From the IMG/VR virus record IMGVR_UViG_3300026484_000382, positions 1-64,000 of that record: a stretch of 64,000 nucleotides of DNA; one strand, 5' to 3'. Positions 8,439 to 17,371 of the stretch are shown piece by piece. The DNA is from a virus. Position 1 is the stretch's first letter; every line of letters begins with the position of its first letter. Under the pieces are notes generated by a model. The model saw only the letters and a program-made list of their open reading frames with translations, did not search any database and was not told where the DNA came from. A program made the position numbers and the translations under genes.

Positions 8439-8993
8439 ATGAATAATAGAGAAAAAGAAAGAGATAGATTATCTCGAAATATTGAACTATTAAGCAATTC
8501 TATACCAGTAGGTCTTTCTATGGGTATAGGAGGATTAGCTTCTAAAAACAATAAGATGGTAGCAGCTGGTCTTGGTACTACAGTAGCAGGTGGGTTAATG
8601 ACACACGCTTATTGTGAAAAAAATAAAAAGAAACTAAAAGAAATATATGGTAAAAACTTTAGTTGCTCTGGTTCTAAAGACCCTGTAACAAAAAAACACA
8701 GGGTAATTTCAGCATTAGGTGGCGCTGGATTGTCTGCTGCTGGATTTTTAGCTTCTAAAGATAATAAATTATTAAGAAATATCTCTTTAGCTGGTGGTGG
8801 TATATCTGCTATTAGATTAGGGGCTGCATTACTTGGTAATGATAGGAAACTTAACGAAAACGAAAAAGATATGGATAAAGAACTAAAAAAAATATATAAA
8901 AAACAAGTGGAAACAGATAAAGCCTATAGAGAAAAATATAAAACATTGGAAGCATTAGACATGATAGGTGCGATTCCAACTAGTGCTTATTAA
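8439..8993 (+). CDS. Glycine-zipper multi-helix protein
   Basis: GAGGAG RBS before 8439; four G/A-rich segments arranged as two ASK(N/D)NK-linked hairpins. Confidence 0.75.
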   Translation: MNNREKERDRLSRNIELLSNSIPVGLSMGIGGLASKNNKMVAAGLGTTVAGGLMTHAYCEKNKKKLKEIYGKNFSCSGSKDPVTKKHRVISALGGAGLSAAGFLASKDNKLLRNISLAGGGISAIRLGAALLGNDRKLNENEKDMDKELKKIYKKQVETDKAYREKYKTLEALDMIGAIPTSAY

Positions 8994-9061
8994 TAAAAGG
9001 GATAATGATAAATGAAATAATTGGGTGGTCCACCACTTAACTTAAAGTTAAAGGATATAAG

Positions 9062-9391
9062 ATGAAAACTAAAAAACTATACAAAGTATATAATGTTGAA
9101 GATATTTCAGGAATTTGGAAACTTGCTGAAAAAGAACACGATAGTTCAAATTTAATTGGAGTTAGTCATTGCAGTAGTAAAGGTTTAGTAGATTATACAA
9201 TTTGGTTAGGAGATGTAAATGATTTTATTAAAGATAAGAAATATGTTAAATATCAATTTAATATAAATGATCGTCTTTCTGACAATATTGCATATACATA
9301 TAATGAATTAGAAGAAAAAGGCTTTAAAGTAAATACTATTATTGAAAACTCTCAAAATAAAGAATATCTTGATGTTTTTTATATTATTTAA
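9062..9391 (+). CDS. Hypothetical protein
   Basis: AAGGA RBS, 109 aa. Confidence 0.7.
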   Translation: MKTKKLYKVYNVEDISGIWKLAEKEHDSSNLIGVSHCSSKGLVDYTIWLGDVNDFIKDKKYVKYQFNINDRLSDNIAYTYNELEEKGFKVNTIIENSQNKEYLDVFYII

Positions 9392-9400
9392 GGAAAGAAA

Positions 9401-9547
9401 ATGACAGCACAAGATTATGCAAACAACACTCCACATAAACAACAAGATAATAGTAAATTAGGAGTAGGAATGCAGATAGGGGGGGGCTGGCAACAGCCGG
9501 AGGCAAACTTTATGATACTTTTAGAGATAAGGGAGAACAATGAATAA
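9401..9547 (+). pseudogene. Small glycine-zipper gene interrupted at a G8 tract (possibly phase-variable, OFF state)
   Basis: AAGGA RBS + ATG 9401; G8 at 9479-9486; with G9 the frame reads LGVGMQIGGGLATAGGKLYDTFRDKGEQ and stops at TGA 9541-9543 overlapping the next ATG. Confidence 0.6.
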
Positions 9548-10004
9548 AATAATCTGTTTCGATATAGATGACTGTATATTACCACACTACAATATGTTAC
9601 CTAAAGAGCATAGGTTGCAAATTTTTAAACTTAATCTTGAGCGACTCGTTCACTTGTGTCAACAAACAGAGGCTAAATTGTTTATGACTTCAAGTTGGGG
9701 GATGTTATTTAAAATAAATGACAATGGTTTGATTATTTTTAAAGATGAATTTGATTACGGAGATGAATTTGAGCAAGAAATTGTAGATGTTATGAATTCC
9801 TATTTACAACCTTATATAATAGGAGTAAGCTGTGGTGATAGGAGAGAAGATATTAAAATCCTATTATTACAAGAAGATATACTTGTTGTAGCCATAGATG
9901 ATATGGATTTGTCTGATATAAAAGACAAGAACTTTAAATATATCAATGTGGAAACTATGATTACTGATAGACAATTAAGAGAGATAAAACAATATTTTTC
10001 TTAA
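9540..10004 (+). CDS. HAD-family phosphatase (HAD_SAK-like)
   Basis: IICFDIDDCIL motif I, MTSSW motif II, VVAIDD motif IV. Confidence 0.8.
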   Translation: MNKIICFDIDDCILPHYNMLPKEHRLQIFKLNLERLVHLCQQTEAKLFMTSSWGMLFKINDNGLIIFKDEFDYGDEFEQEIVDVMNSYLQPYIIGVSCGDRREDIKILLLQEDILVVAIDDMDLSDIKDKNFKYINVETMITDRQLREIKQYFS

Positions 10005-10057
10005 TTCTACTTATTTTAAAAAAAACTTCTATTTATAATCTCTTTTTAAGTTTTTTT

Positions 10058-10066
10058 TGTTATAAT
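10058..10066 (+). promoter_or_regulatory. Extended -10 promoter of the rha operon
   Basis: TGTTATAAT after a T-tract. Confidence 0.65.
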
Positions 10067-10088
10067 TATTACTGATAAAAACATTTCG

Positions 10089-10185
10089 TTGTAGCATTTT
10101 GTTCTACAAAGAACATTTTGTGGAGGGTGGCACACTTGAGACCTACCCACCACCCTCTACAAAGTGTTTAATGTTGGTAGGTCTC
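10089..10185 (+). ncRNA. Structured leader RNA (19-bp stem plus pseudoknot) upstream of rha
   Basis: 10112-10130 pairs with 10150-10168 (two G-U, no mismatches); loop GAGACCTACC 10138-10147 is complementary to GGTAGGTCTC 10176-10185. Confidence 0.65.
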
Positions 10186-10225
10186 TTCCACACATTCTGC
10201 ACTTAATACATTTAAAGGAAACCTT

Positions 10226-10927
10226 ATGAAGCAAGAAGTTGTTAGTTTGAATGGGAAAAACATTAGGTTTGAAATAGCTACAGACAATGGTAATGATGTT
10301 GTGTTTACAGACAGCATAACTATCGCTGATGTGTTTGGTAAAAAACATAAAGTAGTTATTAGAGCTATAGAAGATGATGTTGCTTGTAACGAATTTTTAA
10401 CTGAGCATAAAATTGTGCCCAGTGAATACACAGATAGATCAGGTAAAAAAAACAAAATGTATTTACTTGATAGAGATGCTTTCTCATATTATGTAATGGG
10501 ATTTACAGGTGAAAAAGCAAAGAAGTGGAAGTTGGAATATATTAAAGCATTTAATAATATGGAAAAAACATTAAAACAAAAACAACAACAAAAACTACCT
10601 TCAAATCCAATGGAAATATTAGAACTTGTTTTTCAAGTGCAAAAAGACCATGAGAAGAAGTTAGTGGAAGTGGAAACAAAAGTTAAAGTTCTTGAAGACA
10701 CAAAAAGACTTGAAGGATGGCAAGAAAAAAAACTTATTGACTTAAAAAATCAAAAAGTATTTGCACTAGCAGGAGACAATAAAGAACTTGCTACAAAATT
10801 ACACAGAAGAGTTTGGAGTTTATTTAAAAAAAATTTTAGTTTACCTAGATATAATGAATTACCTGCGGTTAAATTCAATGAAGGTGTAATGTTTATTAAT
10901 AAAATAAAATTAGAAGATATGTTATAA
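10226..10927 (+). CDS. rha: Rha family phage regulator with ORF6C-like C-terminus
   Basis: TDSITIADVFGKKHKVVIRAIE...MYLLDRDAFSYYVMGFTGEKAKKWKLEYIKAFNNME; C-terminal FSLPRYNELP..KF. Confidence 0.9.
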   Translation: MKQEVVSLNGKNIRFEIATDNGNDVVFTDSITIADVFGKKHKVVIRAIEDDVACNEFLTEHKIVPSEYTDRSGKKNKMYLLDRDAFSYYVMGFTGEKAKKWKLEYIKAFNNMEKTLKQKQQQKLPSNPMEILELVFQVQKDHEKKLVEVETKVKVLEDTKRLEGWQEKKLIDLKNQKVFALAGDNKELATKLHRRVWSLFKKNFSLPRYNELPAVKFNEGVMFINKIKLEDML

Positions 10928-10938
10928 AAAGGATTAAT

Positions 10939-11463
10939 ATGGATGAATTAAAAGAATACAAATCTATTAAAGTAGTTAAAGCAAAACCAATGAAATATCA
11001 CGAAGCAGGTCATTGGGGATATGTTAGAGATTATGATGTGGGGAAAGACGAACAAGAAGGGTATTATGTTGAATATGAAGATGGTTACAAAAGTTGGAGT
11101 CCAAAAGAGGCTTTTGAGAAAGGTTATGTGGAGATAGAGAAAGAATCAAAAACATATGGAAATACTTGTGCTAATGCTGTAAAGAAAAATGTAAAAGATA
11201 TTAAGATTTGGGGTAATGGTGATTTGTTTGAATTAATAAGCAAAGCATCTAGTGAAAGTGAAGGTTGGATGAAATCAACAAAAGCTATGGAAATTCCAAG
11301 AATAGGAGTGGTTATTCAAGTTACTACTCAACAAGGTGATAATGTAGCTGAAGCTGTAACTTTTGTTCCTGGAGCTAAAATCGATAGAGAGTTGGAAACG
11401 GATGAGAATGGTAAAAAAATAGTTATATCAAGAAGAATTATAAAGGATTCAATGTGGAGTTAA
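10939..11463 (+). CDS. Two-domain protein; C-terminal domain resembles the Acb4 anti-CBASS nucleotide sponge
   Basis: GNGDLFELISKASSESEGWMKSTKAM...QVTTQQGDNVAEAVTFVPG (recalled Acb4-family pattern); N-terminal GYYVEYEDGYKSWSPKEAFEKGY domain. Confidence 0.6.
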   Translation: MDELKEYKSIKVVKAKPMKYHEAGHWGYVRDYDVGKDEQEGYYVEYEDGYKSWSPKEAFEKGYVEIEKESKTYGNTCANAVKKNVKDIKIWGNGDLFELISKASSESEGWMKSTKAMEIPRIGVVIQVTTQQGDNVAEAVTFVPGAKIDRELETDENGKKIVISRRIIKDSMWS

Positions 11464-12014
11464 AACAATATTTAAGAGATGGAAGAATACACACAGGGTT
11501 AGAAGTAACAAGATTGGATTTAGATAATCTGCTAAAGAAATATGACTTTATTGGTGTAGCAAAAGCAGACAAGCCTGCTATTGTGGAAGCGTTATCAGGA
11601 GATGTTGTTGGTGTAATTATGGGGGATATAAATAATATAGACGAGATACATAATAATGAAGAACCTATTGCAGAAAATCCAGATTGTTGGTTTGTTAGCA
11701 ACAGAGCGATGAAGCCATACAAATCATTAGATGGTGAGTTTAATATTGGTGAAGCAAAAGAATTATTGAAATTAGGTTACAGAGTGAGACATAAGCTCTG
11801 GAAAGATAGTTTTTTAATTTATGTGCCAGGAAGTAAATTTAAGGTAAACAGACCGCCTTTATTAGGTGTATTTGAAGAAGGTACGGAAGTGAATTATGAA
11901 GCCCATATCGATGTTGTTGATATTTGTCCTATAACACAAAAAATCTTTGTTAAACCTTATGTGTTTACACAAGATGACATAATGCGTTATAAATGGGTTA
12001 TAGAGAAAGAATAA
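11454..12014 (+). CDS. Two-domain protein with C-terminal DUF2829/Tad2-like sponge domain
   Basis: FNIGEAKELLKLGYRV...W...FLIYVPGSKFKVNRPPLLG...HID....PY..TQDDIM..KW matches DUF2829; GTG start behind AAGGA. Confidence 0.75.
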   Translation: MELKQYLRDGRIHTGLEVTRLDLDNLLKKYDFIGVAKADKPAIVEALSGDVVGVIMGDINNIDEIHNNEEPIAENPDCWFVSNRAMKPYKSLDGEFNIGEAKELLKLGYRVRHKLWKDSFLIYVPGSKFKVNRPPLLGVFEEGTEVNYEAHIDVVDICPITQKIFVKPYVFTQDDIMRYKWVIEKE

Positions 12015-12044
12015 TTTCTTTCTTTATAACTTAAAGGATTTAAA

Positions 12045-12245
12045 ATGTGCTGTGATAAAATAAAACAAATAGAAGTTGAAATAGGAATGTTGGATAGAAG
12101 GATTGCTACTTTGGAATATCGTGAAACACAAGTAAAGAAAAATGAAAGAGAGATAGAAGAAATTAAAAATGAATTAAAAGAAACTATCGACGAATTGTAT
12201 AGATTGGGTAATGAGTTCGAAAAAATCTACAAAAAAGGAAAATGA
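12045..12245 (+). CDS. Small coiled-coil protein
   Basis: AAGGA RBS; heptad pattern. Confidence 0.65.
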   Translation: MCCDKIKQIEVEIGMLDRRIATLEYRETQVKKNEREIEEIKNELKETIDELYRLGNEFEKIYKKGK

Positions 12246-12877
12246 TGGAAGTTTTAGAAATTGGTGCAATAAATAATGCTTTTAATAAAAAAGGAGAAAA
12301 GATGAATACAGTAAAACAATTAGAAGAATTAAGAAACAATATCTCTGAATGGGGTAGAAAAAATGGTATTACTATTAATGGTAAAGTAGAAGGACAAATG
12401 TTAAAACTTAACAGTGAAGCAAGTGAAATATCTGAAGCTATATTAGAAGGTGATGGTTCTAAATTTATTGATGCAATTGGAGATACTTTTGTTGTAATGG
12501 TTATGGTAGCAGATATCCTAAAAAGAGAACTAAATAGTGATGAGTTAGATTTGAGAATGGTTGGGTATGATAAAACGCTTGAAGAACTACGCGATGATAT
12601 TGATTTTGTAATATTACTTAAAATTCAGGTTGAATTAGGAGAACTTAATGATTTAATTGCAAAAGGAAGATATGAAACTTCTTTTACTACATTAAATAAA
12701 ATGTTAAGTGTTTTAAATGCTCTTGCAGAAGATAGTGATAATAAGTTAGTTGAATGTATTGAAGCGGCTTATAATGAAATTAAAGACAGAGTAGGTTTTT
12801 TAACTCCTGATGGGGTGTTTGTGAAAAGCACAGACCCAGAATATGAGAATGTAGTTAAGCAGTTTAAAGGCAAATAA
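12242..12877 (+). CDS. MazG-like nucleotide pyrophosphohydrolase (internally duplicated)
   Basis: QMLKLNSEASEISEAI...IDAIGD...ELGELNDLI...ECIEAAYNEIKDRVG...GVFVK; alternative start 12302. Confidence 0.8.
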   Translation: MMEVLEIGAINNAFNKKGEKMNTVKQLEELRNNISEWGRKNGITINGKVEGQMLKLNSEASEISEAILEGDGSKFIDAIGDTFVVMVMVADILKRELNSDELDLRMVGYDKTLEELRDDIDFVILLKIQVELGELNDLIAKGRYETSFTTLNKMLSVLNALAEDSDNKLVECIEAAYNEIKDRVGFLTPDGVFVKSTDPEYENVVKQFKGK

Positions 12878-12878
12878 C

Positions 12879-13067
12879 ATGGAAGACATGAGAATGAAAA
12901 TAATTATGGTCTTTGTAATAGTATATGCAATGGGATATGTTACATCAATTGCTTCTAATTATGTAAAAGGAACAGTATTAAAATTATTAGTTCCTTTTCT
13001 GTCTGGAATAATAAGTGGTGCTATCATTGGATATTTTACTAGAATAATGGTTGCATCATGTATGTGA
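12879..13067 (+). CDS. Small membrane protein
   Basis: Two hydrophobic helices. Confidence 0.6.
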   Translation: MEDMRMKIIMVFVIVYAMGYVTSIASNYVKGTVLKLLVPFLSGIISGAIIGYFTRIMVASCM

Positions 13068-13327
13068 TAAAAGATTTCAAAGGGACTAAATATAAAGCAA
13101 GAACTAAATTTGCTTGGTTGCCGAAACAGTTAGATGATGGCTATAAAGCTTTCTTCAGTTTTTATGTAGCCATTGAAAAACTTTGTTATCCATGTCAGGA
13201 TTTGCCTTTCTGGGTTGAGATATACTCAATGACATTGCCAGACATACCAGTGGATATAAAATCTGTATTAGAAGTAGAGCTTGAAGAATGTATAGAAAAA
13301 TTAAAAATAAAAGATAAGGAAAAATAA
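13058..13327 (+). CDS. Hypothetical protein
   Basis: KFAWLP motif; operon packing. Confidence 0.6.
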   Translation: MYVIKDFKGTKYKARTKFAWLPKQLDDGYKAFFSFYVAIEKLCYPCQDLPFWVEIYSMTLPDIPVDIKSVLEVELEECIEKLKIKDKEK

Positions 13328-13812
13328 TGCTAAAAAATAAAATTGTTAAAAAAGGTATGGATGCTTTAAAAGTGGGAACTGTAGTTGTGTTTAGATTACC
13401 TGCTATTACAAATGAAAATCATTTAGGGTATTGGCCCAAAGAAATTGTATCAGATAAAGATATAAAAGAAATAAAAAAATCTGTTGATAAGACAGAACCA
13501 TTAATTGGTGTTATTAGAAGAAGAATTGAAACTGATGACGGAATGACATTTGATGTTGCGTTTTTCACAAGAAGACATGATGGAACTATTTCCGGTTACA
13601 TAGAACTAAAAGAGGTTATGATTTGGAGATACTTTGTTGACCCTTGTAGTTCTGGAATACCACCTAAATGGTTTAAGGAAATTGTTAGAACATCTCAAAA
13701 AGAAGAAGGTTATTTTGTTGAAATTCCTGCCGATAAGATTCATTATCTAAAAGAATGTAAAAAGAAACCGAAATACGCAAAAGTTAAATATATTGTAAAG
13801 GATGAAAAATGA
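13327..13812 (+). CDS. Hypothetical protein
   Basis: TAATG overlap, AAGGA RBS. Confidence 0.7.
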   Translation: MLKNKIVKKGMDALKVGTVVVFRLPAITNENHLGYWPKEIVSDKDIKEIKKSVDKTEPLIGVIRRRIETDDGMTFDVAFFTRRHDGTISGYIELKEVMIWRYFVDPCSSGIPPKWFKEIVRTSQKEEGYFVEIPADKIHYLKECKKKPKYAKVKYIVKDEK

Positions 13813-14015
13813 AAGTAATATTAGAACACGACGAAATTTTAGATGCAATAGCAGAATATGCTGCTAAAAAGTTAAATGTAAAACCAAGTGAAATTACTAT
13901 TAGACTTAATGCAAGAAAAGGTAGAAGTTTTGATGCCGATATAGAAATGGTTGAGTATGTAAAAACTGATGATAAACCTTTAACAGATAATGTGTTAGAA
14001 GAGGAACATCACTAA
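13809..14015 (+). CDS. Hypothetical protein
   Basis: ATGA overlap, AAGGA RBS. Confidence 0.7.
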   Translation: MKVILEHDEILDAIAEYAAKKLNVKPSEITIRLNARKGRSFDADIEMVEYVKTDDKPLTDNVLEEEHH

Positions 14016-14647
14016 TGTTTGATTTCTTTAATGTAAAAAAACGAGTAAATGAGTTTGATGACTCTTTTATTCGTTTTAGGCTTTATCTGAACTTTATTTA
14101 TGCAATAGGTCTTGCTTTTGCATCACCTGTATCTACAGCTCTTAAAGGGATAGAATTTCAAGGCATTTTGTGGTTAATTCCATTTTTTACATTACTTGGT
14201 GTAATCCTATCTAAATACACTGAATTCCTTGTTAAGAAGTTAACGATACAAATTGCTCATAAATTAATAGGAGTATCTACATTGCTTATAGTTTTTATTC
14301 CATTTATTTATGCTTATAATCACTTTTTAGCAGCCATATATCTATCTGCATTGATTGTTTTTGATGGATTGATATTTGGTGTTTATGGTGTATTTTTAAC
14401 TAACTACATAACAAAAATTAATCCCGAGTTGATAAGCAAATATCAAACAACAAGAATTCATGTTTGGGCAGATGGGGCTTTAATAGGAGGAGTTTTAGCG
14501 TTATTTATCATAGGTAATGATGATATTTGGTATGGAATGTTAGCAGCTGCTGTTGTAGATACAACTATTGTAATAATGTTTATAAATAATTACAAACATA
14601 TAAAAGACATAAAAGAAGAGGAATACAAAATAAAGGATAAAAAATGA
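14015..14647 (+). CDS. Six-helix membrane protein (half-MFS-like)
   Basis: About six hydrophobic segments; spacing like one MFS half. Confidence 0.6.
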   Translation: MFDFFNVKKRVNEFDDSFIRFRLYLNFIYAIGLAFASPVSTALKGIEFQGILWLIPFFTLLGVILSKYTEFLVKKLTIQIAHKLIGVSTLLIVFIPFIYAYNHFLAAIYLSALIVFDGLIFGVYGVFLTNYITKINPELISKYQTTRIHVWADGALIGGVLALFIIGNDDIWYGMLAAAVVDTTIVIMFINNYKHIKDIKEEEYKIKDKK

Positions 14648-15420
14648 TTAGAGAAATAGAATTACTAGGAAACGCAGGAGCATTTGATTTTGATAAGGTG
14701 TCATCAAGTTTCTTAATGAGAAAAGAAAATGATTCCCTTGCACTTATTGATTGTGGACACGGAGTAAATAATGTATTAAAAAAGAGAGGTCTTATAGGGC
14801 AAATCGAGGAAGTTTATATCACTCATACTCATTTTGACCATATAGCTGATTTAGAAGGTTTAATTTATTGTAGATATTTTGTTTACGGTAAAAAAACAAC
14901 TATTAGAACATCAACTACTATTATTGAAGAGTTAAAAAACATATTTGGTAATAGATTTGATACAGAATATTTTAATGGTGAGAATATTCCTGCTCGAATG
15001 GTTGAATATAAAAAAGTAGGAAAGTGTAATGACTATAGACATGGAGATTATGCAGAAGAGTGTTATTTTGATGTAAATCATGGAACTATGAATGCTGTTG
15101 GGTTTAAATTTGTGTCTTATAAACAAGCAGATGGTTATAAAAAAGCAAACAATGTAGTTATAGTATCAGGAGATACAAAAGCTTGTAAAACAATACTTAA
15201 TGAGATTGAAACAATGCCGCAGTGGGTAAATGGTAAATTTATTGTTTTCCACGATTACAGTATGTTTAATAATCCTTGTAAGAATATTCATATGTGCGAG
15301 ATTGATTATGATTTAATGTATGAGAAAGCAGTAGAAGAAGCTAAAGAAAAATGCAAAGATTTTCAACTTTTATTATATCATGATAACTTTAATAATAAAT
15401 TACATAAGGTAGTATTATGA
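14644..15420 (+). CDS. Metallo-beta-lactamase-fold hydrolase, Apyc1/RNase Z-like
   Basis: LIDCGH, ITHTHFDHIADLE (HxHxDH), SGDT, VFHD...H, LYH. Confidence 0.85.
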   Translation: MIREIELLGNAGAFDFDKVSSSFLMRKENDSLALIDCGHGVNNVLKKRGLIGQIEEVYITHTHFDHIADLEGLIYCRYFVYGKKTTIRTSTTIIEELKNIFGNRFDTEYFNGENIPARMVEYKKVGKCNDYRHGDYAEECYFDVNHGTMNAVGFKFVSYKQADGYKKANNVVIVSGDTKACKTILNEIETMPQWVNGKFIVFHDYSMFNNPCKNIHMCEIDYDLMYEKAVEEAKEKCKDFQLLLYHDNFNNKLHKVVL

Positions 15421-15872
15421 ATATAGATATAATAAAAATCTTTTTAATAATATTTAGTATTATAATGATACTACTTATTAGTGTATTGATAATGGATGTA
15501 AAAAATTCACCTACTCTTTTAAACTTTTATGTGTTTATGCTGATTTTTTATTCTTATATTCTTGGTAATTTTTTGGGTAAAGATAAAGAGATAGAAACTT
15601 GTTATCGCGAAAAGAAAATGTTACTGGAAAGTGAAATGACTTGTCTTAAGGCCTTTAATAAACGCACAGATAGTTTACTAAAAGACTTGTTGTATGAATA
15701 TAAAGGGAAGAGATATGTTTTACTTGAAAATGTAGAATTTAAACCTACAACAAACGGAAGTAATAGAGATTGGGTTGAAGGTGTAGCTTATGCTCCTATA
15801 GATGACAGTTTTAAAACATATGTAAGAGATAAAGAAGAATTTTTTGATAGATTTAAAAAGGTGGAGCAATAA
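15417..15872 (+). CDS. Membrane-anchored protein with DUF1653-like C-terminus
   Basis: Two N-terminal TM segments; YKGKRY...W...VAY......YVR..EEFFDRF. Confidence 0.6.
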   Translation: MNIDIIKIFLIIFSIIMILLISVLIMDVKNSPTLLNFYVFMLIFYSYILGNFLGKDKEIETCYREKKMLLESEMTCLKAFNKRTDSLLKDLLYEYKGKRYVLLENVEFKPTTNGSNRDWVEGVAYAPIDDSFKTYVRDKEEFFDRFKKVEQ

Positions 15873-15884
15873 ATGTTTCCCTTT

Positions 15885-15986
15885 TTAAGGTTCTATTTTA
15901 CACTTCCAATTAAATTCCCCTAAAAATCTTTTAAACTTCTGAAGTTTTACATTTATTCTTTTACATTGTTTTTTTAGTTTTGGCAT
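15885..15986 (-). CDS. 33-aa basic peptide MPKLKKQCKRINVKLQKFKRFLGEFNWKCKIEP (not in ORF track)
   Basis: AAGGA RBS, own minus-strand TATAAT at 16018-16023, paralog at 17963. Confidence 0.75.
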   Translation of the reverse strand: MPKLKKQCKRINVKLQKFKRFLGEFNWKCKIEP

Positions 15987-16073
15987 GTTTTAGTCCTTTA
16001 TTTTTTTTGAAGTTGGAATTATATCTAAAAAAAATAATATTTTTTTGTATAATTTTAAAAAAAAAGGAATAAA

Positions 16074-16952
16074 ATGGGAGCTAATCGTTTTCTATTGTAT
16101 AAACAAGCTATAACAGAACAAGAACTTATAAAATCTATAAATAGACGAATTTCTGGGATAAAGAAAAAAAATAAAGACTTTTCAGTTTTAACACATTCTC
16201 AGCTATTTAATTTTTTTGATTTGAAAAGAAAGTATTTAGATTGGATAAAAGAAAAGAAAAATTCTTTAGATGGTTTTTTAGAAAATGCAAAAGGTGGGAT
16301 GAATAAAAATTACTTTAATAGTTTATTAAAAGATTATCAAGAAATTGAAGAGAAAAAACCAGATTTAGTAAACAAAGCTGCTTACAAAGCATTAGATGAT
16401 TTACTTGATGATGGTTTTTTTCAAGCGAGAGGTATAGGTGGAAAATATTTTAGAGATAAAGGTATAATAATAGGAAAACAAAAACAAACAAATGGAAGAA
16501 GATCTACTCTATTCCATGAATTAAATGAACACTCTAATAGAAATAAGAAAGTAAATTGGTATGATTTGAACAAATCAAAAGATGATGAAATTACACATTA
16601 CAATGTGTCCAATGTAAAGGGATTAGACCATAATTTGTTAGTAACAGCAAAGGGTAAATTAAGAAAAGATTTAGAGTTAGTTGGTAAATACTCGAAAAAT
16701 AATGGAGGTTATACACTAGAAAAACTTGTTAGGAGAGTTCTTGGAAAGGACAATCCAGAATTTTTAAACTGGGAGTATGGAAAAGGAAGAAAATTAAATA
16801 GACATCACAGAAAAAAACTTTTAGAGTTTGAACATAAGCATGCTAGTAACTTTCAAAGCCCTTTAAATGATTCTTACTTAAGAAACATTAAAAATAAAAA
16901 TAGAAACAAAAAGAAAAAAGCAATTTTTTCAGAATATATAAAATACATTTAA
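16074..16952 (+). CDS. LxKxA-leader basic protein with HExxE/H motif
   Basis: MGANRFLLYKQA; TLFHELNEH; own TATAAT (16048-16053) + A-tract AAGGA. Confidence 0.75.
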   Translation: MGANRFLLYKQAITEQELIKSINRRISGIKKKNKDFSVLTHSQLFNFFDLKRKYLDWIKEKKNSLDGFLENAKGGMNKNYFNSLLKDYQEIEEKKPDLVNKAAYKALDDLLDDGFFQARGIGGKYFRDKGIIIGKQKQTNGRRSTLFHELNEHSNRNKKVNWYDLNKSKDDEITHYNVSNVKGLDHNLLVTAKGKLRKDLELVGKYSKNNGGYTLEKLVRRVLGKDNPEFLNWEYGKGRKLNRHHRKKLLEFEHKHASNFQSPLNDSYLRNIKNKNRNKKKKAIFSEYIKYI

Positions 16953-16963
16953 AAGGAACAAAT

Positions 16964-17282
16964 ATGAGTAAATAGCACACACAAGAGAATATGGGATGTG
17001 GATAGCAAAAATAATTAGAAGAGATAAAACTTATTTAATTTGTGGTTCTATTAAAAATAGAAGGGCTCATCATATTAATTCTGGTAGTTACCTTCCTGAA
17101 GATAGGTATAGAGAGAAAAATGGTGTGTGTTTATGTGAAAAACATCATAAATTGTTTCATACATCTTACAAGAACTCTTTTAGAGAGAAATGTACAAAAA
17201 AAAAGATTTTAGTAATTTTTTAGAATTTATATTGAAATTTGTTCCTGTTGATGAAGATTGTGGTATTATAACAGCAACTTGA
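16964..17282 (+). pseudogene. Decayed HNH endonuclease paralog of 17613
   Basis: RBS+ATG 16964, Trp codon changed to TAG (16973-16975), frameshift before 16996, extra A's near 17196-17204; DFSNFLE continues in another frame. Confidence 0.8.
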
Positions 17283-17371
17283 CATATATGTAAGAGAGAA
17301 AAAAGAGTTTTTTAGAAAATTTAAACGAATAACCCCTTGATTTAATTTGAACTATAAGGTATAATCTCTAT

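Noticed and set aside
16973-16975. In-frame TAG as evidence of stop-codon recoding
   Set aside because: The same gene has frameshifts, TAG ends other genes normally (e.g. 41293, 45300), and coding density is high under the standard code
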